DNA from: Ancylonema sp.
Lineage: Eukaryota
Direction: 5' to 3'
Assembly: GCA_050230475.1 (NCBI GenBank)
Contig: JBFLGF010000125.1
Span: 58,403-78,402, forward strand
Length of the DNA: 20,000 nt
Position numbers and translations under genes: made by a program. Below, piece after piece: positions 9,337 to 19,755 of this stretch. The notes beneath the pieces were generated by a model. It saw only the letters and a program-made list of their open reading frames with translations, did no database searches and was not told where the DNA came from. The first letter of the stretch is position 1; every line of letters starts with the position of its first letter.

Positions 9337-12118
9337 GGATATCGAGGAGGCAGATTTGATCGGGGTGGTGGAGGAGGAAGAGATGCAGGAGGTGGACATT
9401 CCTGTTATCCGTGTGGTCGTACAGGTCATTTCAGCAAAGACGGTCCGAGAAAAGATGATACTTGTGACTATTGTGGTGCGATCGGACACATTGAATCAGG
9501 CTCCTCGAATGCAGCGCAGAAATCAGGAGACATGTCGAAAATCTGCACATGTGAGCGAGATTGATGAGGGAGGTGATTGCGGACATGGTGAAATGGTGGT
9601 TGGTGAAATGTGTGAAGGACGTGTCGGTGAAGGAGATGAGGAGAGAGGATTTTTGTGGGATGACAGTTCCAGCCATCATTCAAGTGGACAGCGAGCACAC
9701 TTCAAAACTTTGATCGACATTCCGAAAGAAATTGTCATGCATCATCTTGTTGGCAGTGTGAATGTCAAGCAGTGGGGAATTGTTGAGCTTGAAACGGAGG
9801 GCGAATGTGGAGAAATTACTCTGCAAAATTGTCTGTATATACCAGGGATGAGAGTCAATCTTTTCAGCGGACAAAAAGCCAGAGCACAGGGGTGAGAGTA
9901 TACATTTCAAGGACCAGCAGGTGGAATAATTCCAGTCTTTCGGAACGATGGAAAACAGATATGCACAATTCGTGAGTCCAGCTCTGGTCGTCATACATTT
10001 ATCTGCACACCATTGCGTCAACATCGACAAAGTGAAGGGGAAGCGGTCGTTGCAACTGTCGATGTCAACGTTCTGCATCGACATCTTGGTCATGCAAATG
10101 AAAGGGTGCTGAGAGAATTGGGAAAAGCAGATCTGGTGCGTGGACTTGAGGGAGGTGTTTCTGGAATCCTTGATTGTGAGGGCTGCAAACTCGGCAAAGC
10201 ACATGATCGACCAAGCAGGGAACTGGGAGCGGGTGAAAAGTGACAAGTGTCCTGAGCTTGTAAGCACTTCAAGTGGGGATGCAAGTGATCAGGATCTGCT
10301 GGAGGATGGGCATAAATGGTACCCTGATGAAGCAACTCCTGAGAATCCGTTCCTCACAACTGCAAAGGAGAAAATCAAGGAAGCTGTCAAAGTTGCTCAA
10401 GGTGAAGTTCGACGCTCGACTCGTGAAAACAAAGGTATTCCAGCAAACCGATTTGTCGCTGCATATGTTGCTGGATTGGATGTCAAAAACTCAAAAAAAC
10501 AAAAACTCCAGAAACGGTGGCAGAAGCTCTTGGAAGTCCAAAAAGAAAGAAGTGGCAGGAGGCAATGAATGCAGAAATGAGCAGTCTCAGAGAAAATTAA
10601 GTGTTTCGTCTTGTTCTCAGGCCAAAGGGCAAGAAAGTGATAAAGTCAAAGTGGGTATTTCGTGTCAAAAAGAATGTTGATGACTCCATTGAGAAATACA
10701 AAGGCAGGGTCGTGGCCAAAGGTTTCGGTCAGGAAGAGGGTGTAAATTATGACCAGGCTTTTTCTCCTACTGTACGGTTTGAAAGCATTCGTCAGCTGAT
10801 AGCTCTAGGGGCTTCAAAGGGGTTGCATATGCACCAGATGGATGTCACCACTGCTTTCTGTATGCTCCTTTGGTAGAGGAAGTGTACATGGAGATGCCAG
10901 AAGGCACGTGTGGGGAGAGTGAAGAGGGAAATGGTGATGCTTTTGCTTCGCTGCTTGTATGGGCTCAAGCAAGCTCCTCGAGGCTGGAACCAGCATATTG
11001 AACGATGTGCTGAAAGAGGATGGGTTTTCACCGTCTAGAGTCAGATTTTGGGCTATTACATCTTGGGCGAAGGGCCTAGAAGCTCTTTATCTGGCTCTAT
11101 ATGTTGACGATTTGTTTCTTTTATGCATTGAAATCAAGAAAATCTATGCTGTGAAGACAGGTCTGGGGTAAAGGTACGATATGAAAGAATTAGGAGAGGC
11201 AAAATTTCTCCTTGGTCTCGAAATTCGAAGGCAGCCAAGTGGCGATATCTTTATGTGTCAAGAGAAGTATGGAAAAGAGCTTTTGGAGAAGTTTGGCATG
11301 ACAGAGTGTAACTCGGTATCGACACCGCTAAATTGGAGTCAAGTTTTGTGAGAACCTTGGGGAAGTTGCTGAGGGAGCTGCTATTGAGGGTGTTGGCTAC
11401 AAGTCTGCTATGGGGAGTCTTCTACTTGTGCTCTCGAACCCTACCAGATCTGGCTGCTGCTGTAAACTCCTTGTGCAGATACAGCCAGAGTCGAGGGGAA
11501 CATCATTGGGAGGGGGTTAAGAGGGTGTTGAGATATTTGCAAGGAACGATCAGTCTTGGCTTCATGTATCGAAGAGGAGCAGATTTGCCAGTTGTGGGCT
11601 ATCAGATGCCAGTCACAGTGATGATTCTGACACTAGGAGGGGGCGTGCTGGATACGTGTTTCTGAGTGGAGGGGCAGCTGTCAGCTGGAAAAGCAGTCTG
11701 CTGGAGATTGTTACTCATTCCAATTGTGAAAGTGAATATCTGGCTTTGAGTGCAGCAAGAAATGAGGCTATCTAAGTCAGCCAGATGCAGAAGGAGTTGG
11801 GAATTGCTAGTAATGGGGGTGTGCTGCTGTTGGGAGATAATGAGAGTTCGATGAAGCTTGCAGAAAATCCTGTTTTCCACAAGAGGTCTAAGCACATTGG
11901 AATAAAATACCATTCGATCAGGGAGAGAATGCAAAGAAAACAAATTGAGTTCAAATTTGTGAGGAGTGAGGAGCACGCTGCAGACATGCTTACAAAGGCA
12001 ATCTCTGTCAAGGTGTTGAAAGTCAACTGTGCACTTGTTGGTTTGTTTCATGAGGAGTAGGAAACTTGTGAAAAATCGATATTGCTGCTTATCATTTTTG
12101 GAGGGGGAAACAGTTCCC

Positions 12119-12128
12119 AGGGAGGGGG
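12119..12128 (+). other. Polypurine tract
   Basis: AGGGAGGGGG immediately before the TG of the 3' LTR. Confidence 0.9.
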
Positions 12129-12532
12129 TGTTAGTTTTCAGGGTCTGTGAACTTTTGTCGGTATATCGATTTTAGGATTTGTTCGGAAGTTAAGTTTTTG
12201 GTTTTGTCGATTTTGTCGTTTTGCCTGTCGATATGATTACGATGATTAGTTCGGCCATCTGGCAGTTTGTCGATAAGTTTAGATGATCTGGCACAATGCT
12301 TGATTATGATTGGAGTTGACTAGTAGTTTTGATCAGTACAGATCTTTGACAAAGAGGGGGCATGGATCACACTCGACTGTACTCAGTCAGGACTTGCACG
12401 CAGAATTTTGTAATCAATCAATCTACCTCAAATTTGCACTTTTGGTGTGTGTGTTTGTAAAGCTGTGAATGTTTGTTTCAAGAGTGTGAAGACTGTTACT
12501 TATTGCATCGATGGCAGAAGATAGCAGCAACA
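12129..12532 (+). repeat. 3' LTR (404 bp)
   Basis: Direct repeat of 8108-8528; ends gcaaca and is followed by the TSD caagc. Confidence 0.96.
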
Positions 12533-12996
12533 CAAGCCATAAACTAGCACCACATTCTACAAGGAACACAAAAAGAGTCTCTACATACCGAGACGCGTCA
12601 CCTTTATGAGGAAGACGGCTTTTACACCTCGCATAGAAAACAAACCAGCTCTCAACTTTTCCAGTACGAGCTACTGAAGGGCAACGGCAAATACATTAAT
12701 ACATCGAAGACACAAAAATAATCGTTCTGTACCTACAACTGTTTCTTTCAACTTGGGACACTCTGAGATACCTACACTACATTGATTACCCAGCATTGCT
12801 AAAGTCATCGGCTGCACACTATTCCCTTTCAAATCTCAGTTTTTTTTTCCGAAGTGGGTTACGATGCTACACAGCATCCCGTTCTCATCCTCGTTTGTAA
12901 ATAAGGCCAGTGATGAACCACACCCCCACCACAAACCACACTGCAAACAGAGCACCTTCCGTGCTTCAATCAATTCCTACTCCATCGCACGCCCAC

Positions 12997-15900
12997 CTAC
13001 GCTGCCTGCGTCACCGTCACCAGTTCTTGTTCCTGGGGGGCCTCGGCTTCCAGGGCTTCCGGCGTCTGCGCCTCACTCGGTGGCACAAGCTGCCAGAATT
13101 TACCCAAATACGATTCCCACTCCGCCAGGACCGCCACACCCTTGCGACTCCCCGTCTTTTCCTGCAACCATCCAATGGCTCCTCACCCCCGTTAGACCCT
13201 CTCATCTTTCCTCTCCCTCTTTCCTGGGGGGAGGGCGGTTTGTGTTGCCACTACAGTAACCTTTCTAACCTGTCTAAAGGCATACTGGGGTAACGGGAAA
13301 TAAGATTCCTAGAGACAAATTATTAACTGAGACAGCGACGGATCCTACCACACCCGGTTTCGGGGCCGGAATTTTCTAATCTTCAGAATGATTATTCCTT
13401 CAGAGAGTATTCTTTTAGACAGTAATCCTTGAGACAGTCTTCCTTTAGACAGGATAAACTGCACTCGGTCCTCACCACATGCGCCTGAATGAGTCTCTTG
13501 AGCTGCGCCTCCCCTGCCCGTGTGGTGCACCGCTGCAGGCGCACAATCTCCATGTTGAGTTTGGAGGGGAAGGTGCCGTCCTCGTCCAGGAAGTACGCCA
13601 GCCCCCCCGTCATGCCCGCCGCCACGTTCCTCCCCACCTTCCCCAGCGCCACCACGCACCCCCCCGTCATGTACTCGCAGCAGTGGTCGCCCGCCCCCTC
13701 CAGCACGGCCTCCGCCAGCGAGTTGCGCACCGCAAACCGCTCCCCCGCGCAGCCATTGACAAACAGCTGCCCCCCCGTGGCGCCGTACAGACACGTGTTG
13801 CCCACGATGGTGGAGTCCTCGGCGGAGAAGGAAGAGGTGGGGGGCGGGATGACCACAATCTCCCCCCCTGCCATCCCCTTACCCACGTAGTCGTTTGCCT
13901 CCCCCACCAGGCGGACCGCCAACCCCCCCGTGAGAAAACATCCGAACGACTGCCCCGCACTCCCCTCGAACTCGAGGTTGATCTGGCCCGCGAACCCTGC
14001 GTCCCCGTAGCCCTTGGCGATGGCCCCCGCCACGCGGCCGCAGGCGGAGCGGTCCACGTTGGAGATGGGGAGGCGGAGGGTGGCCACCCCCTCCCCCGCG
14101 ATCGCGGCCGCCACCCCCGGGTCGGCCAGGATGTCGTCGTCCATCATGGGGCCGTTGGTGTGGACGGCCTGCTGGCGCCGAGCGGTGGAGGTAAAGGAGT
14201 CAGTTTGTGGCACACCCCCTGCGACCGTTAGGTAGCTGAGGTCCAGTGCCTGCGTCTTCACTACCCCCGTGTCCGTCCGCCTGTGCAGCAGGTGCGTGCG
14301 CCCAATCATGTCGTCCAGGGACTCGAACCCCAGGGCCGCCAGGGACTCCCTCACTTCCTCCGCCACAAAGAGGAAGAAGTTGACGAGGTCCCCGGGGACC
14401 CCCGGGAATCGCGCCCTCAGTTCCTCCCTCTGGCTGGCCACCCCCACGGGGCAGTTGTTGGTGTGGCAGATGCGGGCCATCACGCACCCGGTGGCGATCA
14501 TGGCCACGGACCCGAACCCGTACTCGTCCGCCCCCATGGCCGCCGCCATCATGACGTCTCCGCCCGTCTTGAACCCCCCGTCCGCGCGCAGCACCACGCG
14601 CTCCCGCAGCCCGTTGGCGACCAGGGTCTGGTGCGACTCTGTCAGCCCCATCTCCCAGGGCCCACCCGCGTGCTTGATGCTGCTGATGGGGCTGGCGCCC
14701 GTCCCCCCGTCGTGTCCGCTGATCTGGATGATGTCCGCGTTGGCTTTCGCCACCCCGCTTGCCACTGTGCCGATACCTGCCTCCGCCACCAGCTTCACGG
14801 ATACCTTGGCCAGGGGGTTGACCTGGTGGAGGTCGTATATGAGCTGGGCGAGGTCTTCGATGGAGTAGATGTCGTGGTGGGGGGGGGGGGAGATGAGGGG
14901 CACGCCCGCCTTGCTGTTGCGCAGGCTGGCGATGTATGGGCTCACTTTCTTCCCTGGGAGCTGCCCGCCCTCCCCCGGCTTCGCCCCCTGCGCGATCTTG
15001 ATCTCCACCTGCTGCGCGTTCACCAGAAAGGTGGGGGTCACACCAAAACGACCCGACGCCACCTGCTTGATTGCGCTGGTTGCCGTGTCCTCATTCTGGA
15101 GACCCTTGAGGTGGGGGAAGGTGGGGGACCGCCCCTCCGCGTCCACGTCCTGCAGGTGACGCCAGCGCACGGGGTCCTCCCCCCCCTCCCCCGAGTTGGA
15201 CTTCCCCCCGATCCGGTTCATGGCGATCGCGATGGCCTCGTGGGTCTCGCGCGAAATGGCCCCCAGGGACATGCCCCCTGTGCAGAACCGCTCCACGATC
15301 CGGGTGGCGGGCTCCACGCGCTCCACGGGGATGGGCTCCCGCCCGCTGCGCAGCTCCAGGAGGTCGCGCAGCACGTTCACGGGTCGGGTGCTGAGGTGGC
15401 GCTGGTACACGGAGTACGCCTCCCTTGACGCCTCCCTCACGGCCTTGTGCAGCAGCTTGGACATTTCCGGGTTGTTGCCGTGGTACTCGCCCCCCTTGAG
15501 GAACTGGATGAACCCGGAGTTGTCCAGCTTCGTGGCCACGTCCGCCTTGAAGGCCTTGGACCAGAAGGCCGCGTTCTCCAGGGCGAGCTCGTCCAGGGTC
15601 AGCCCCCCCAGCCGCGACACGCTGCCCCGGAATGCGGTGTCCACCACGTCGGCCCCCAGGCCGTAGATCTCGAAGATCTGCGCCCCGTGGTAGCTGGTGA
15701 GGAGGGAGATGCCCATCTTGGACAAGATCTTGAGCAGCCCGGCGTTAACCGCCTTGCAGAAGTTCTCCTGCGCCTCCTCCGGGGAGACCCCCGGCAGCTT
15801 CCCGAACTGCATCAACTTCTGCGTGTTGGAGCTGGACTGCCACTGGCGCACCGTCTCCAGGGCCAGGTACGCGCACACCGCGCTGGCCCCGTACCCGACC

Positions 15901-18570
15901 AGGCACGCGAAGTGGTGCGTGCTGAAGCACTGCGCAGTCTCCACCACTAGAGAGCAGCGCTGACGCACGCCTGCTGCGATCAGGTGGTGGTGGACCGCCC
16001 CCACCGCCCGCAGCGGGGGGATGGCGGGGGAGGCGGCGTCCAGCACCGGGCGGCGGTCGCAGAGCACCAACATCTGATTCCCCGCTGCAACCGCGGCCTC
16101 TGCGGATAAGCAGAGGGCCACCAGGCCCATCGCCAGGGCCCCCGCACCCACGCCCTGGGAGGCGTCGTAGAAGGTGGGCAGCGTCATGGCGCGTAGGCTG
16201 CAGTCCAGCTGCAGGTGGGCCAGCTCCGGCTCCGAGAGCACGGGTGTGGAGATCCTGACCAGGGCGGCGTGCTCCGCGCTCACCTCCAGGATGTTGTCGC
16301 GCTTCCCCAGGGTCATCTCCAGGGACATGACCAGCCCCTCCCGCAGCGGGTCGATGGCGGGGTTGGTGACCTGCGCGAACCGCTGCTTGAAGTAGTCGTA
16401 CAGGAGGTGGCCGCGGGTGGAGAGGACGGCCAGGGGGATGTCGTCACCCATGCAGAACGTGGGCTCCTTGCCCTGGGAGGCCATGGACTCGATCACCAGG
16501 GCCACGTCTTCGGCAGAGTACCCAAAGGCGCTGTGGTGGCGGAGGAGGTCCTGGGGGGTGAGGTGGCACGTGGATTCCAGGGGCAGGGAGGGGAGGGAGC
16601 GGCTCTGCAAGTCCCAGAAATCCCAAACCCACATACCCCGCCCAGTGAGCAATGCGCCCCTGCATTTGCCCTGCAGCACCCCTCATCCTCAGCCCCCCCC
16701 CACTCACGTGTTTGTCCAGCCATTCCTTGTAGGGGTGTTCCGCCGCCACCCGCTGTTTGATGGCCGTGTTATCCAGCACCTCCCCCGTGGCCAGGTTGGC
16801 GGCAATCATCATCCCCGGGCCAAGTCGGCCCTTGGCCACCACGTCCGCCGGGTCCGTGGGTACCACCCCCACCTCGGACGCCACGTACAGCATGTCGTCG
16901 CGGGTGCGCCAGTAGCGCGCGGGTCGCAGCCCGTTCCTGTCCAGCGCGGCCCCCACGGTGGTGCCGTTGCTGTACACGAGCAGGGCGGGGCCGTCCCAGG
17001 CCTCCATCTGTCCCTTGTAGTATTCGTAGAAGTGGGTGACGTCGGGGTACTTGGCCTCCAGGGTGGGGTGGTTCTTGTAGGCCTCGGGCACAAGCATCAT
17101 GAGGGCCTCCGAGGGGCCTCGCCCGCTGCGCAGCAGCACCTCCGCCACGCTGTCGAGGTTGGCGGAGTCCGAGTTGCCCGGGTCCTGTACTGGGAAGATG
17201 TCGGACTCCCGCCCCCTCCACACGGGCGACCCCAGGGTGGGCTCCCTGGACCTCATCCAGTTGATGTTCCCCTGCACCGTGTTGATCTCCCCGTTGTGCC
17301 CCAGGAACCGCATGGGCTGCGCCAGGGGCCACTTGGGGGTGGTGTTGGTGCTGAAACGACGGTGGTAGATGACGAAGGGCGACCGGTACAGATCCGACTG
17401 GAGGTCCTTGTAGAACGCACCCAGCGCCTCCGAGCGCAGCATGCCCTTGTAGACGATGGTGTAGGTGGAGAGGGAGCAGAAGTAGAGGTCGGCACCCCAG
17501 GGTTGCGCTCGGGAGGCCCGCTCGGCCAGCTTGCGGCAGATGTACAGCTCACGCTCCACGTCATCGGACGACCCCATGGGAGGCACCTTCACGACGACTT
17601 GCTCGATGAGGGGCTGCGTGGCACGCGCGATTTGCCCCACCACCCCATCGTCCACGGGGACCGCGCGCCACCCGATCACCTCCAGGCCCTCCTCGTGGAA
17701 CACGTCCTCAATCACTGGAAAACAAAATCGACCCGCAGCGTCGGTACTACTTTCAATGCAGACACGAAACGTATTGGCGGTATGCTTATACCTTGTTTGG
17801 CCTCTGCGGCTGCTCCTTTGGGGAGGACCACCATTCCCACCCCGGTGGTGGCCGGGTCGAGGTCAGCGCCCCCTCGCTCCTTTTGCCATGCCGCCAAAAG
17901 GTCCCACGGAATGCGTGTCATGATCCCGGCGCCGTCGCCGGAGTCGTGGTCCGCACTGCATCCTCCTCGGTGCTCCATACACCCGAGGGCCACTAGTCCC
18001 TTCTCAACCGTACTGTGACTGCTCTCGTTGCGCAAGCTGGCGATGAATCCCACGCCGCATGCATCGCGCTCTGCCAGAATATCCTCCAAGTTTGAAACCT
18101 GTGAAACCCACAGTGTGAGACGCAGCTCGATCAGTGCTTTGGTTATCGAGTCCTCTGGACCAGGTTCCGTGAGACGCACTACAGTTCCCAGAAAAAAGAG
18201 CCATACAACAAGTGGTCTAGAAACAGGTTGGATTGACGTTCGAGCAGCACACATACTTGGCACTTGAAGCGCTCAACTAAGACTGTGATTACCCTACTTG
18301 AGTTGTGATGGAAAGTCTCACCTCTACGGTCCATTTGGGAGAGTTCTCTGGTATTACGTGCGCAGCTACTGAGGGCACGTTTCTTCTACATGAAGATTCT
18401 GAGAAACGAAAAGGGAGGGGCTGCAGAGAAAAATGGCGGAATTTATTTGTGCCCGGTAATCGGGTGGACAGCAGCCTAACACCGGTGGTGCACCTCGGCA
18501 CCGCTCTGCAAACAGGAGTGAGTTGGCCATGACATCCCTGAACGCCAGGCGCCAGGAATGCGGCCATCAT
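12997..18570 (-). CDS. GLU1: Ferredoxin-dependent glutamate synthase (Fd-GOGAT), chloroplast precursor; complement(join(12997..13161,13476..16604,16708..17714,17792..18098,18322..18570)), 1618 aa
   Basis: Ser/Arg-rich transit-like exon 1; [11 protein letters not shown] (N-terminal nucleophile Cys); [56 protein letters not shown]; 3Fe-4S motif [18 protein letters not shown]-terminal domain. GT-AG introns at 18321-18099, 17791-17715, 16707-16605 and 13475-13162 give a continuous 4857-nt frame. The last exon, missed by the ORF track, reads [30 protein letters not shown]...QAA*. There is no fused NADH beta-subunit, hence Fd-type. The start codon is slightly uncertain. Confidence 0.95.
13391..13452. 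repeat. Degenerate 15-bp minisatellite (x4) in the last Fd-GOGAT intron
   Basis: attattccttcagag / agtattcttttagac / agtaatccttgagac / agtcttcctttagac. Confidence 0.8.
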
Positions 18571-18911
18571 CTAAAACAGGTCACAACGATGAGGCGTGGG
18601 AGTGTCTAGAGTCTACTGAAGTGTCAGCCGGAATAAATGCATGGTTTTCGAGTGGCTGCAGGGTGTCGTGTCGGAGATCGCATGCCTGAACTACTCCCAG
18701 GCATGCGGCGCAGTCTTGGATGAGAAGGCGACGGGCGGTCTTGCAAGGAAGTTGCCAAGGGCAGGTGGACCCCCAACCACGGAGGGCCCAGACACGGTGG
18801 GCTTTCGGCCGTGGGATAATAATGCCCGGCGTTTGGCCTGTCGGCCTGGGGCCATCAGGCCGTCGGGCCGTCCTCTTGAGGTGGTGGCCAGGATGCAATG
18901 TTGCTGGGGGT

Positions 18912-18941
18912 TGCTGGATCCACATGTGCTGGATCCACATG
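18912..18941. repeat. Perfect 15-bp tandem duplication upstream of Fd-GOGAT
   Basis: tgctggatccacatg x2; each copy contains the E-box CACATG. Confidence 0.85.
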
Positions 18942-19647
18942 TTGCAGATTTCGTGGCGCACCATGTGACTGATACGTGGCGCAGTTTCGTGCCGAATTCA
19001 GTCACGTGTTACATGCGTTCCGGCAAACAAGTATCGGTTGCACCGACCGGTCTTTTGTTTTTGGGTTATTTTCGTGGTTACCGGCATACAGACGTCAAGT
19101 GAAGTACCGGCTGGTAATTTGGCCGATCGAAACTTGCCGTCAAATCACCCGCTAGTCTCCCGGTAACCACGCGCGTGAAATCGTTACTGTCGTTAATTTT
19201 GGTAGTATCTCGCTTTATCGCGACTTGCGAGTGGCAAATCGCCGCTGTACGTAAATAAGCGTCATCCGACCCACGGCCACTCCCGATACTGTGCATGACG
19301 CTTTCTTTACTTCCTTCCTTGGCTTATCCGCATCGAATGCACAGCCCAGCATTATCTAAAAGTTTACGATGAATCTGTTGTAATGACATTCTTGTGTAAA
19401 TTCAGAAAAGAAATAGCAAAACAATATTTTCATCCTTCCTATTATGCTAGTTGCGCGGGTTTGCTAACCATTTTCATGTTTCGTTAGGTGTGATATATTG
19501 TAGCGTCAAAAATTTGTCGCGTACAAATAATATAAGAGAATTTGAAAAAAGGACCATACAACGTATTTCCGCTTTCAATTTGGTTGCGAATTCGCGCAGA
19601 TCGCAAAAATTAAAGGCTGCGGATGATGATAGCCCGCAGTGACAGGT

Positions 19648-19704
19648 TCGCTGGCGGAGTTCGGTGTAGTGAAGGGCCTTCACTGCACCGAACTCCGCCA
19701 GCGA
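19648..19704. repeat. Near-perfect palindrome (28-bp arms, 1-nt spacer)
   Basis: tcgctggcggagttcggtgtagtgaagg-g-ccttcactgcaccgaactccgccagcga, with a single T.G mismatch. Confidence 0.95.
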
Positions 19705-19716
19705 CCCTTCCCCCTT

Positions 19717-19755
19717 CCACTCAAATCGGCCTTCACTGAAGACCGATTTGAGTGG
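19717..19755. repeat. Second near-perfect palindrome (19-bp arms, 1-nt spacer)
   Basis: ccactcaaatcggccttca-c-tgaagaccgatttgagtgg, with one mismatch; extends to about 19712-19761 with a bulge. Confidence 0.9.

Larger units (their letters stand above)
8507..12060 (+). pseudogene. Copia gag-pol polyprotein pseudogene (multiple stops and frameshifts; integrase core missing)
   Basis: Gag from ATG 8507; RGG-rich segment; knuckles CYPCGRTGH and CDYCGAIGH; degenerate protease FLWDDSSSHH (about 9650); HRHLGH...CEGCKLGK (about 10075-10200); RRSTR (about 10410); RT motifs KSKWVF, YKGRVVAKGF, QMDVTTAF, LYGLKQAPR and LYVDD (11100); RNase H motifs NPVFHKRSKHI and ADMLTKA; stop at 12058-12060. Confidence 0.93.
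8108..12532 (+). mobile_element. Ty1/copia LTR retrotransposon, both LTRs intact, inactivated (4425 bp)
   Basis: Two TG...CA LTRs, 5-bp TSD CAAGC (8103-8107 and 12533-12537), PBS, PPT, and copia domain order gag-PR-IN(N-terminal only)-RT-RH. Confidence 0.97.

Noticed and set aside
12864..13293. Pro/Ser-rich plus-strand ORFs
   Set aside because: Antisense to the true last exon and 3' UTR of Fd-GOGAT.
13479..18018. Long plus-strand ORFs (250, 381 and 533 aa, among others)
   Set aside because: Antisense shadows of Fd-GOGAT caused by high GC3.
12997..18570. Bacterial gltB or horizontal-transfer interpretation
   Set aside because: Spliceosomal introns, a transit-peptide-like exon and close plant-type sequence indicate an ordinary nuclear Fd-GOGAT.
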